DNA of 64,000 bases from Trichoplax adhaerens (Eukaryota; Animalia; Placozoa), in NCBI RefSeq assembly GCF_000150275.1, contig NW_002060947.1, forward strand, positions 5,677,086-5,741,085, given 5' to 3'. The notes under the pieces are model-generated. The model saw only the letters and a program-made list of their open reading frames with translations, was not told where the DNA came from and did not search any database. Below, in pieces: positions 1 through 12,579 of this stretch (its first letter is position 1; each line of letters opens with the position of its first letter). The position numbers and the translations under genes were made by a program.

Positions 1-131
1 CCACCACGATGGATAAATGTTTCAATCCATACCTTATTTTTATTCGTTAATTCATCTTTAAGGCTATCTAATAGCATCATTGAAGGATGCAGCTTGATAG
101 AATCGATTAAAGTCGCCATCATTTCTTCCAT
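1..131 (-). CDS. Partial (5' end) formin GBD/DID-like protein, INF2/diaphanous-type N-terminus; continues beyond the window start
   Basis: Hand translation from ATG at 131: MEEMMATLIDSIKLHPSMMLLDSLKDELTNKNKVWIETFIHRGG. The L-x-S-L-K/R-x-x-L...W-I-x-x-F...GG pattern resembles formin GTPase-binding/DID helices. Only 43 codons are visible. Confidence 0.45.
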   Translation of the reverse strand, partial: MEEMMATLIDSIKLHPSMMLLDSLKDELTNKNKVWIETFIHRG

Positions 132-3100
132 GATGGGTTTTGTATGCAGACAATGGACTGTTTTAACTTATCGGAAGGAATTACTGTCGTCTTGAAATGA
201 CGATTTTCGACAACTCATTTCAGGATATATATAGCAGCCTTTTTATAATATCAAATATCGAATATGTTGGCTTGAGAAATTGATTAGTGTTCAATTACTA
301 ACTGAACAAATACTAGTATCAATTAGCGTATATATTATATCATCACCGTGTCCTATCGACGCTTAATTGAATATTGAATTGGTCTAAATTAAGCAATTGA
401 ATGAAATAATCAATCAATGTGAAATTAAAGCTTGCAATTGTCAAAACGAAGAATGGTAAATAACAATATATTCAATAGATTAAGCAAAATCTTTTAGGAA
501 ATATTTACTAATGACGACATAGAGCCGAGTAAGTTTATTATTGGAAAGTAAATAATACGTAAATTCGAGAGGACTCATATTAAATCTATTACGAAATATT
601 TCCTAGTTTTGATAAAAATTAGAATGAACGATCGTGCCTATTGTGAGTATTGTCAGATCCAAATGCTATTAGAAATTACGCAGGTAGTATACGTAGGAGA
701 TAGAGAGGTACGGCTACACTGTAACTTACATGTTACCAATTTCATCATTAAAAATAACGTCTGCAGACTAAAATCGTTGTGTCAAGGTATGTGCTATAAA
801 TCAGCCATCTTCTACGGACTTACGTAGCACATATATTTCTATCCATCAATAATAATTTGATTATTCCCTCCAAACTTTATGATTAATTTGTGGTTACACG
901 CATATACTGATTTAGTGCCGATGTATTACATTATCAATTCCGGATGGATGATGCCGAAGCAAATTGGTTATAATTAATCACGGAACCTAGAAATATTGGA
1001 CTTACAGCAGTTCTTCAGTGTATAGTATTGAGGTATAATCGTTCTTAAATCTCGGTAGATTAAAGAAATGATATATAATTGCATATTACGGAACTACGTT
1101 TCCAATATTCAACTAAGAGCTATATTTTAAGTGGTATAATTTCTTTTAGTATTTAAGTTAATAGTACGATTTGACAAAGTTACAATCTGTCATGTTTGTA
1201 ATGCTTTAGCTACGTTGACCTCCTTTGATTGTTCACTTGCTTTATGCTATCTTATTTGAAGTCTAAAAATAAAAGCTAGTTATTGCTTTTTCTTTTTGTT
1301 ATACATTGCTAGTGAGAACTACTAAAATAAAGTCGTAACATAAAGTAAGTTGTACTTTTAGAGACTGTTCTTTGAGTCTATTTAGGAGGGTAGTTCTATA
1401 TTATGCCGCTTAGACAGTTGTGATACGGCACTAGATACAAATTGAAGCCGATATTAGAAAGACAATTTATAGTAATTTTATTTTAATGCAAGTCATGGAG
1501 ACGTGTCTTTTGCTTTTTATGATAAATTATACAGCAGTTGATTCGTATGTTTAAATTCATCAATTGATATCTTACTATTCACTCCAGTTATTGCAAGCAG
1601 CTCCATTGCATGATAAAATATCAGGTTACATTTATCTATCTCGTATTGCGGGCTTTTTAAAGTTAAAATATAAAATTACTGCTTATGTCATCGCTAATGA
1701 AAAGTTCTAGATTTAATACGATACTTTTATTTGTCTCTATGAGCAGTACAATAATCATTCCTTACGCGATGGAGTTAGCACGATCAATAAGTATGGTACC
1801 TAATATACTAGCCACCGATGGGTGTTATATGACAAATTTACGGAAATGCTATTCTACTGCATACTATGAGTTTCAAGATACACATATTCCAAGATAAGGT
1901 AAGGCATTTGACTGGTAATTCAACAGTCAATAATTTCAATATTAAACAATATTATTGCAATTTCGGGGAACATTGCCATTGATTCATGACATAAGACGAA
2001 AAAGGGACAATAACAAGAAATTTACTAACGTTTAAGAATAGCGATAGGCTCGTATAACTAAACTTACATTTACTACGGCAACATTGTACTATGGTATCAT
2101 TGATAATTTGTGCATTCTGTTATAAATTGACGTACTCGTATATAAGGTATTCTTGTTCCATAGTGCATAATAGTATAAGTGTTGGCGAAGCTGAAAATGG
2201 TAAAATACGTAGAATTCACATGCCCTACGTAATTCGAAAGGAACGATAGCTTAATTAGGAAATTGTAGAAAAAAATATCATACAAGATAGACCACAAACG
2301 ATGATCACATGAAATAATTGTTTATTTGTAAATAATCATTAATTGGTGTAAACTGCTTCAATTGCTACATTATAATTCCTTGTACGTATATGTTGCAGAA
2401 TATTAATTACAGCAATGACTTTGCAGATCTGTAATTTAAATATAGTACTTTCAGGCTTCGTCGCTGTATTCGTAATCTACGCTAAAATTACTCATCGAAC
2501 TTCATTTACTATTTACCTAACTTTCGCAAGTATCCGTGCTACACCTTGTATGACTTTTTCAACACTTTACCTTTTACAAGCACAAACGCAGTACATATTG
2601 TACGTCGAAGCCTACCGTATTTCGAGGAATTTTTAGGCATAGTGACTTGCATACAGCTAGCTTTCTGGAAGCATAGGTGCGTGCTACAAGAGTATCTCCA
2701 GGGATTGGAACCATCTGGAGTGATTACTTGCTTGACCTAGTACAGCGTAAGATTCTTTGACTCCTATTCGCACTGTTCGATAAAGAATACGGAGTACACA
2801 GCAAATACAAGTATAGTCACTTGTTTAAAGCTCAAAAGCAGTGGATATTTAATTAAGTGGACATCATAAAATTATTACACCTGTCGTATGTATATCGCCG
2901 AACCACAATGTATTGGTTATAGCTTATTTTATTATAAGATAGGCCGTATTCACAATCATTCCTCTTTCATAGGAATCTGAAAATGATATTGTTTACAAGC
3001 AATATGAAGAAGTATATCGTGGTAAATAAATGTTTATAGACCAATTGAGTCTTGAATATACTAGTTTCGATTACGAAATAGCAGTTACATTTTTCGATAA

Positions 3101-3833
3101 ACACGAATATAAATGCAATTATTAGTAACATGATAAATACCCTTCCAAGCATGAAGATGCGATGGTAACCCACTGCCGTAACCTTAGCATGTCAGTACCT
3201 TATCGCACCTAGCAATTTATAAATTATTCCTTTTTTTAACATCATAGTAATATATGTATATATACAATTCAATAATCTGTTTCTGCCACTTTGATACTAT
3301 TTTTCCTGTAAGAATACACTACCTAGAATAAATCAAATTTGGTAGTATAATTGACATACGTCTGTCTATAAATCTTTCGGCAACAAAAGACTTATCATTC
3401 ATCCCACCAAGAGTAACAGATTGCCACGATTTCAATAAGCAGAGCGTAGCAGCCGTTAACCTGTGAAACATAATAACTCTAAATATTCAATTTCAATCAG
3501 GCATAATAATATGTTTACTATTGTACGTATGTCATCGATCAAGGCATAGTGGTAGTCTTACAAATTATGGTAAACATCTTTGTGATTGAACAGTCTAAGG
3601 TGCAAACTAATTCTATAAGACATATAGCACAATCATTGAGCATAATCGTTCCATGTAGAGTACAATCAATACTTTACTATGCAGAACTAGGAAAGATTAC
3701 AAAATGATACAAGAATAAAAAAAAAGCACGCTTGATAAGGCTTAGACAAGAAATGACCTAAGCGTACCGTATGAAATGTTCAAATGGGAACGATTAAAGA
3801 TAACTGTGCAAAATACGATTCCAACAGGCTGCT

Positions 3834-4457
3834 TTAGTCCAGGCCATGCAAGGCAGCATACTGGCTAACGAGGTACTCATAACCAAATATATCATCGTCA
3901 TCATTAACTGGATCATTTTCATGTTGGGAAAATATATATTGCGTTGTGTTGTAGGGTGTCATCCATGGATGTCTTACTAGTGGTATTTCAGGTTCAGGAC
4001 CAGAGAAAGTGTCACCAAAACATTCGTCCGATGATTCACTGGTTGCATTTGCAACAGTATATTTGCTATCGAGGTTAGTGGAAAAAAATGCATCTACATC
4101 ACCGTTATTATCACATGCTTGTATAGTCGAGTTGTCTTGCAGTGCACTTTTCAATTTACGCTTGGGCGGTTGTTCATTATTTTCTTCTATAGGACTGTCG
4201 TCTTGCTCTTGACCATAACCAATTTTACGCTTTGTCGTATGAACGAAACGGCTGGACGAGTTCCAACATTGATTTGCGTTACTAGTATAGCTGCTTGAAT
4301 CATTGCTAATACCGTATTCCGGTAGTACTGGTGTTACGGAGTCTTGAGTATTGAGGCAATTGTCGTCAGGAAGTTGGCATTGCTTTACTTTCCTAAGATC
4401 AACTACTTCTTCATTAGTCATTACGCTAACTTGGATCATTACGTCACTGCTACGCAT
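3834..4457 (-). CDS. Intronless 207-aa HEXIM-like (PYNT-motif) protein
   Basis: ATG-initiated ORF that is long for such AT-rich DNA. It contains PYNTTQYIF (HEXIM consensus PYNTTQFLM), then an acidic run (NDDDD) and EYL..Y..LH, plus an NLS-like PPKRKLK. Confidence 0.55.
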   Translation of the reverse strand: MRSSDVMIQVSVMTNEEVVDLRKVKQCQLPDDNCLNTQDSVTPVLPEYGISNDSSSYTSNANQCWNSSSRFVHTTKRKIGYGQEQDDSPIEENNEQPPKRKLKSALQDNSTIQACDNNGDVDAFFSTNLDSKYTVANATSESSDECFGDTFSGPEPEIPLVRHPWMTPYNTTQYIFSQHENDPVNDDDDIFGYEYLVSQYAALHGLD

Positions 4458-4984
4458 AGGGACTTAACAAGACGGGTGTTTTAAGAATCTTAAAACTGAG
4501 GTCAATGTAATTGGCAATAAAGTAAGGACGAAATTGCCTCTATCCTACACTTTTCAATCCTTCAAAGAAATGACCAACAATATCAACGCTACCTATCGAG
4601 TCACTAAATGGATGACAGTTGCTAGGAATTTTCTTGAGTTTGTCTAAATTTACAGTGTGAAAGTGACTGCAAAAAGACTGAAAAAAAAGACTGGATGCTA
4701 AACTGAGCAATACTGAAGTCAAGCAAGGGAGATAGCCAAGTTTGCTATCCAAAATGGACGTTAAGATCACTGTCAAGTAAAAGATTTTCAATGTACAGGA
4801 CAGTGAAATACTGAATGGAAATTATCTTTACAGTTAATGGGTGGATAACTACCTTGAAGTTGCTGTTGAAACTTTTTACGGTTGACGTGTCACCGTGTCG
4901 ACCTTCTCGGTGGCGTGTTGCAATAAGAATGAGGCGACGTTAGACAGTGTAGGTTGTGTTATAGTTTTTTTCTTCATCTCTATG

Positions 4985-6200
4985 GTACTGTACTGTGCTG
5001 TACGGTAGTGTATTTGGCAGTGTTGTGCGTAGTGTAGTGTACTGTACAGTACAGTGTACAGTACAGTACACTACAGTACAATAGTAGAAAATTGGAGAGT
5101 TTTTTTAACCGCGTGGTAACTGGAACTGTACAGTACAGTACTATACATCGTACTGGACATTGGGGACTACTGGGTTCTCTAGGGACCGCTAAAGACTCTT
5201 TCTTTTGCTTTACAGTGATTCGTCTGACTGATACCTTAGCGTGTACGACAATGAGACGTTTCCAACGTTTGCAGAACGTTGTTTTTTTACTGTAAAGATG
5301 GACTTATTAATATGGTTGCTAAAACAAACACTTTACAGTACGGTACACTGTACAATGTACAGTATTGTATTGTAGTTTTTGCTGATGAAGCTGATGATGA
5401 TTGATGACTTGCAATCCAAATATAGTAACTTACAGTATAATCCATTCAATACAATGCACTGTATTACTGTACTGTACAGTACAGTACAGTACAGTACACC
5501 CTGGTCCCGGTTACAACAACATTACAGTACAGAACAGTGCATGAGTGTACTGTACTGTACTGTACAGTACTGTACAGTACAGTACAATACTGTACAGTAT
5601 GCGGTACAATACGTACAGTACTGTATTCCTTTAACACGTGATCCAATCCATGGGTACAAAATGGATGGCAAATGCGTGGTTAGAGACTTGTAAGAGTATT
5701 AGTCTTGGAAACCCCTGGTTTTAATATGTACGATTAGTGGGTAACTTTCTACAATAAGAGACCTACTGTACTGTATGTGTATACAGTACATATGTTCATA
5801 ACGATTGGTCTTTTGGGGCGTTTTCCTCGTAGTTAGTTTTTACTACAGTATTCAAACATACAGTACAATACTGTATGGAAGAAAACGGATCACATTGAGT
5901 ACAGTACAGTATGGTACAGTACTGTAATGTACTGTATCAGAGACTAAAACAGTACAGTACTGTACTGTACAGCACAATATAAAGAAAAGAGAGGTTGCTC
6001 TCTTTTCTTCCGACTTTACAGTACAATGTACTGTAGTAAGAAAGAAAGATCCAACGACTGTACAGTACTGTACTGTACTGTACACAAAAAGAAATACGAT
6101 ACAGTACACTACTGTACTGTACTACTGTACTGTACTGTACATCAGTACGGTCGCAGTCATGGACGGACGGAATAGACTACTACAGCAGAGTACAGTACTG
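4985..6200. repeat. TACAG/CTGTA (ACAGT)n low-complexity island between divergent genes
   Basis: Dense interspersed agtac/actgt pentamers in both orientations, e.g. 5035-5080, 5460-5625, 6055-6145. Confidence 0.85.
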
Positions 6201-6504
6201 TATTGGTATTACTACCATTGCCATGGTACCGTCGTATGTGGTACTGCGCAGTAGTGACCACTCGATCGTTCGTATTTGTGTAGCAACGTCCAAAACACAT
6301 CTAAACAATCTTGTCGCGCTTGTACTGTACACTCTACTGTTATATGTAGACGCTCATTGGCGCAGTCATTCATATCTGGAAAGTGGCTGACTCTTGCTCT
6401 TACCATTGGTTAACGATCCACAGGTACAAATTCAAATTGGACGATTGATTGATTAACCAGCTTGGAGATGAAGTCCAATTGTACGGATTCAAGCGGTCAA
6501 AGAT

Positions 6505-7119
6505 GACAATCTGTATCTTGATTAGTTTTTTGAGCTTACTACGTTCTCTAGCGGTAAAGTTCGTAATTACTGGTTGAAAATGAACAATTTGCCATGTAGT
6601 CGTTAACGTTGAAGAATAGCTGATAGCTTTACTCCAGTTCACTGTTCTAACATTGGCAGTCTAATCAAGCATGCAAGCTCATTGATCACGATACTACAGA
6701 CTGTAGTCTACAGTACACAGTAGACAATCTGTATCTTGATTAGTTTCTTCAACTTACTATGTTCTCTAGCGGTAAAGTTCGTAATTACTGGTTGAAAATG
6801 AACAATTTGCGATGTAGTCGTTAACGTTGGAGAATAGCTGATAGCTTTACTCCAGTTCACTATTCTAACATTGGCAGTCTAATCAAGCATGCAAGCTAAT
6901 TGATCACGATACTACAGTACACAGTAGACCATCTGTATCTTGATTAGTTTCTTGAGCTTACTACGTTCTCTAGCGGTAAAGTTCGTAATTACTGGTTGAA
7001 AATGAACAATTTGCGATGTAGTCGTTAACGTTGGAGAATAGCTGATAGCTTTACTCCAGTTCACTGTTCTAACATTGGCAGTCTAATCAAGCATGCAAGC
7101 TCATTGATCACGATACTAC
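6505..7119. repeat. Tandem repeat, 3 copies of about 204-218 bp
   Basis: Units start gac(a/c)atctgtatcttgattagttt at 6505, 6723 and 6927 and are near-identical. Confidence 0.95.
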
Positions 7120-7425
7120 CGTACACTCCGTGGCTGATAGCCACAACTGCACTACAGTACTTGCTCAACCCGTTTGATGCAGTCATCATGTCACTAGATA
7201 AAGTACAGGATAGTAGCACACCTTATTTGTCACTTTGATAGACTGATTCTATACAACAGTACTCTAAAATTATCACAGTACATAAATACATGTACTATCG
7301 ATGCTATTGGGTTGCTTGTTAACGTATTTTACCAATTTCATTCATTTTGTAGAAATTTTCTTCCAATTTTGATCATTACTTCACTGCTGAATCTATCATT
7401 TGACCTCGTCCTCTCAAATATCAAC

Positions 7426-8079
7426 ATGGCACAAAACTTAGAAAATATTTTCCAAGATCATTTATTAAGGGCAACCAAGATGGTTGAAGATCAGGTCGAT
7501 GCTGAGCTGCATCGATTAGAGACCTTGGATGAAGATGAATTAGAAACCATCAGAGCGAAAAGACTCGAACAAATGAAGAAGCTAAACGCTCAAAAGCAAG
7601 AATGGTTTTCTCAAGGCCATGGCTCGTATTCGGAAGTTGCTGACGAAAAAGAATTTTTCCAGGCTACCAAAAAGAGCTTTCGTCTTATTTGCCATTTTTA
7701 TCGTGATAGCACCTTTAGGTGCAAAATTGTTGATAAACATTTAGCTGAATTAGCCCCCAAGCATGTTGAAACTAGATTTATAAAGATCAACGTGGAAAAA
7801 GCACACTTTTTGGTTGAGAGATTAAAAGTCAAAATGCTACCTACCATTGTATTAATTAAGGATGGTAAAACTGTAGATAGGATAATTGGTTTCGACGAAT
7901 TAGGAGGTACCGATGAATTTTCAAATGAAATGATGGAATGGAGGATCGCTAGAGCTGAAGTGATAAATTACAGTGGTAATATTTATGAGCCACCAACCAC
8001 TGATTCTAAAAAATCAATTCATTTTGCGGTCAACAAAACTATTCGCTCCCAGGAAGATGATTTCTCCGACGATGATTAA
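7426..8079 (+). CDS. TXNDC9: Thioredoxin domain-containing protein 9 (phosducin-like protein 3), single coding exon
   Basis: GHGSYSEVADEKEFF, CHFYRDSTFRCKIVDKHL, ETRFIKINVEKAHFLVERL, GFDELGGTDEF and an acidic DFSDDD tail. The real ATG is at 7426; the ORF track starts upstream at a TTG. Confidence 0.93.
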   Translation: MAQNLENIFQDHLLRATKMVEDQVDAELHRLETLDEDELETIRAKRLEQMKKLNAQKQEWFSQGHGSYSEVADEKEFFQATKKSFRLICHFYRDSTFRCKIVDKHLAELAPKHVETRFIKINVEKAHFLVERLKVKMLPTIVLIKDGKTVDRIIGFDELGGTDEFSNEMMEWRIARAEVINYSGNIYEPPTTDSKKSIHFAVNKTIRSQEDDFSDDD

Positions 8080-9866
8080 CTATACAATACTGTATATATT
8101 AACCCTTAATATCTTTCTTTGCTTCTGTGTATGAAATAGCTGTACGCGTATACAGTACCTAAATCGCAACTCTATGTATAGTAGTTAACCGTCGTCTTGT
8201 CAATTTAATTTACAGAGCCTTACTGGCCATAAACTCAGCCTGATCGGCTCTTCTGTTTGGTTATCTAGTAATAAGTTTGCTTTTGCAGGTATAATAATTC
8301 TAAGATGGCGTTATTTGCGATTTCTTTATTCATTAATCCATGCCACTGTTGAGTTGGACATCAATCGTCAACCTCTGTATGGCTTCAGGATTTTATTAAT
8401 TCATCAATTTTACCTAAAATAGACTCTGCAGAAGCGAGCAAGTGATGCTAAAATAGGGATTAAGTATAGTGATATGCTCCTTGATTTCGCGTCATTTCTT
8501 TGTAGAGACGTTAAGAAAATAGCTTGTGGACTTCAAATACCCATTTTGACGGTGTCTACGCGTAAAGGGATGTCGTCTTAATAATCTGTTATGAGACAAT
8601 CAGATAAATAGAATATTTATAGAGATTGCATTCATAACGAATTGATATGAATAATTATAATTTAAATTTACAGTAGACCATGTGCATGATGCACTTCTAT
8701 ATAGTACAGTAATAGTGATGATAACGAAAGAATTCATTTTATCCTAGCATCATGTTTACGGGTTAAATTCATTTTTTTTGCGATCGTTGTACTATAACGT
8801 CTAGTATAACTTCACCCATTCAATCATCTTTGCTTTACAACACAGCCAAGCAATGTGCTTGTTGCATTATATAGAATTATAATTCGTTACTTATTGTACA
8901 AAATGTTAAAATCTCCTCAGATTAATTATATTATATTGTATCTTTCTAACATAATACTCGTATAGCAATGCCTGCTGTAGTAGAAGTATGAATGTATTTA
9001 TTTCATTTCATGATGAAGGCTCTCAGTAGCCTTTGTCTGATGGAGAGAAATTTCGATTTACCATATCAGGCTTCATGGGATTGCGTAGGATACGAGTCAT
9101 GATATTTGAAATAAAAATTAAAGGTCAAAGATGGATGACTTACTGCGTTAATAGATCTGAATAAGTTTAATAAATCAATTGCTTTTAAATTAGGGCACCG
9201 TGACCGTGCATGAATGATTCAGAAGTATCATCATAATAATACTGTCATAACTAATCCATGAAAAGTCATCATATTGATTGAAGAGCCAACTTGTGACAGT
9301 GATAGATTATATAACATGGTTAAAAGTACAAATATGCTATACTAGTCAAAGTATAACGACCGAATGATCCATAGAGGCAAGAGGTAAGATCGGCCAGTAA
9401 TTAATTCAATAAATAATGTACAATTATGGACTACCAGCAGACCTAATCTTTCTAGAGTCTGCACTGTTGATGCAACTACTTTCGTCGCGGTTTTGTGTGC
9501 ACACTGTACAGTGTACAGTCTATTACCCATATATCCACAATGTCAAAAGAAATTGGAAACTAGAAGACTCGTGCACTCTATGAATTTAGGAGGCGGAAGG
9601 GACGAAATCATATTAGGAGCAAATTCTTACAGCAGAAGGATTTGTATTTATGAAGGCTTTCGCGGCATGGCTACCGCTCCATCTTCATTTACAGTTAGCA
9701 GTCGCTGTTCTACTGCCCATACAGTACTAACTGTATCTACCGTCCAGTACGATGACAGCATGACGGTTGTAATCTGGCCCAGTCACGCTACAGTACAGTA
9801 GCTTGCTTGGATAAAACACGGACATACAGATATACGGATGGCAAAGGTCGCGCATAAATTAAACGG

Positions 9867-9880
9867 TTTTCCCGCCAAAA
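9867..9880 (+). promoter_or_regulatory. Canonical E2F site TTTTCCCGCCAAAA, probably in the CRAMP1 promoter
   Basis: Exact match to the TTTSSCGC-type consensus, just after a TACAG-rich patch and before splice-donor-bearing, apparently non-coding segments (about 9880-9932 and 10013-10213). Confidence 0.5.
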
Positions 9881-11111
9881 ATTTGTATTGCCGGTGATGA
9901 GCACGAAGATGTTCATACAGCACCTGTCGCCAGGTGATATATAAAATGCGAGTGCAGAGTTTTGCATCCCTGTCTATTTATTCCCATTCTGATGCTTACT
10001 GAACAATATTAGGTGTGAGAAAATTGTTATCCTGTGGGTTAAGCTTTGGACTTCAATATCAAATCACGCAACTTCAAAGCTTAGAACAGCAGATAGGAAG
10101 ATTTGTACGTCCTTTTCTAATCAAGAATTAGAGTCTTGCAAATTTGAAACAAGCTGTGGATTATTGCTGCTCGTCATGCAAACAAATGTTGAGCTACGCG
10201 TGCTGGCTTGAAGGTATGAACTTTCTAGCATACTATATAGAATACCTGCAATGGACGTTTATAGTGTAGCACGGTGATACACGATGAGAAGTGGTTGGCT
10301 AGATCATGATAGGATATAGTAAAATGATAAAGTTAAATCTAATTTATGGTTGTAATTGAACAAATTGATCGTAATGAAGACAGCATATTATTTTGTTAAC
10401 TGTCTTGTAAGTTCAAGTAATCGAAGTCGTTCATAAAAGTAGAGGGTTTACTGTTTCATCAGTTACACTTTAGTATACAAGGGAAAATTAATCACGCAAT
10501 ACATTTATGATTTTACACTTTGTTGTTGTACAATACCATCCAGCACAAAATAAGAATCGTTGTCATCAATTTATGGGCAAAGATTAAGTTCAAACTTCTT
10601 CCCCGAGATAGCTTAGCATGCCAAAAAAGATTTCCGGTGCTGCATTATTGTACAGAAATAAGCCTGCGTTTTACAATTTCACTCTGTTACCTTGTTTCAC
10701 GTGTTCATTCACGATTGCATAAGATCGATTAAAATAACACTGGGTCAAGTTTTTGCTCTTGTTTCAATCTTACGATGAAAATCAAACTCATCTTGTACGT
10801 GTAAATGAATATTGTTGTACTGTAGTGAACTGACTGAACTCTGCTTTGAGAATCTGTTTGAACTATCAGACATTCTCACGTAATCGTTCTTATTGAAGTT
10901 TCTGTAAATTTCATGCCGTTCAGTCTTACTGCGTTATTACGAAAGATATACGTGTAGACTTTCTTTAAAATTGTTTGTGGTTAATGTTATTATTAATAAT
11001 GCTTCAAGGCTGTAATGACGGTAGATGATATTCACCATCAATATATCAAGATAGTACTAAATGGGTATTTGCATGGTAGTTTGAAAAGATACAAATGCAT
11101 GCAGATACTGG

Positions 11112-11700
11112 TTCAATGTCAAAGTACAGTACTAGCGAGAGGAAATTTTTGTCGCCAGTACCATTTACCGTATGTATGCGTGTTTCTTCTCGCTCTAATT
11201 TCATTGATTTGATTGCAATTTGTGCATTTTTGCTGCCTTGCAACTCCCAAAATAACTATCCATCCTTTGCAATAGCGTAATCTACCATGCAATTGCAGTA
11301 TCGATATTATGATTCAATGTCAAAGTAGAGTACTACCGTTTGGAAATTTTTGTCGCCAGTACCATTTACCGTATGTATGCGTATTTCTTCTGGCTCCAAT
11401 TTCGTTGATTTGATTGCAATTTGTGCATTTTTGCTACGTTGCAACTCCCAAAATAACATTCCATCCTTTGCAATAGCGTAATCTACTATCCAAATGCAGT
11501 ATCGATATTATGATTCAATGTCAAAGTAGAGTACTACCGAGAGGAAATTTTTGTCGCCAGTACCATTTACCGTATGTATGCGTATTTCTTCTGGCTCCAA
11601 TTTCATTGATTTGATTGCCATTTGTGCATTTTTGCTGCCTTGCAACTCCCAAAATAACATTCTATCCTTTGCCATAGCATAATCTTCTATCAAATTACAG
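11112..11700. repeat. Tandem repeat, about 3 copies of 201 bp
   Basis: ttcaatgtcaaagta...ggaaatttttgtcgccagtaccatttaccg recurs at 11112, 11313 and 11514. Confidence 0.95.
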
Positions 11701-12579
11701 TATAGACTAAATTTTTCTAGTTTATGATCGAAGTTCGGTGCTCAATTTCAATTCATTTGGACATTGTTTACTATGGTGGGCCGAGTACCGTCCATTGATT
11801 GCTTGCTGTACTACAGGATGTCTTACAGCAATACAGACTTATACAGTAGCACTATAGCCTGTAGTATGAAAAACTTGCTCAGTAGACTTTCTGTATCAGC
11901 GTGCGTTAAGAACCATATTTAATACTGTACAGAAGGAAATGATGAAAGTCCATACAGTGCGCTGTAGTGCGTAGGCAGCTTTGGAACGTACCCCTACGCA
12001 TTCGTATGGCTGCGTGCCTTTGAACCGAGCACTCTTTGCAAAACCATTTGCAATATTTTACAGTACAGTACAGGACACCACCTACTGCGTACAATGTACT
12101 GTACATTGTACGCAGTAGCACTATATAAACATTCCCGTCCTGCTCAGTCCATACAGGAACTGGACAACATCAATGTACATTTCGATGCTTTATTCAATTT
12201 TGTCAACAATTTGAACGGGTAATAATATCATCAACGATGCCAACCAATTTGTAGATGAAGAGCTTTCTCCACATAGAAGATACGACAGTGATTGATGATC
12301 ATTGACTCCATTTAATCTAAGAATATACAGTGAGAGATGATGGCCTTGGATACGTAGTAGCATTAAAATTCTGGCAGTTAGCGAACCCTTATTGCTAAAG
12401 GATAGCGTCCAAAGAGGGTTCCTTTCATCCGCCTTTTCATTCACTATAGTAATTTAAATATCAGTTGGATTGAAATTATCAAGTTTACAATTCGTATTGT
12501 ACTTGTATTACCCTACGGTGACGATAGATTGATTGTGGTTAGTCTTTATAGTTGACCCAAGATAAAAAGGATAGCAGCT

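Noticed and set aside
5092-6406. Many STVQ/YCTV-rich ORFs here and at 20.0-20.6, 30.3-30.7, 39.4-40.3 and 50.3 kb
   Set aside because: They are translation artefacts of the ACAGT pentamer and tandem repeats
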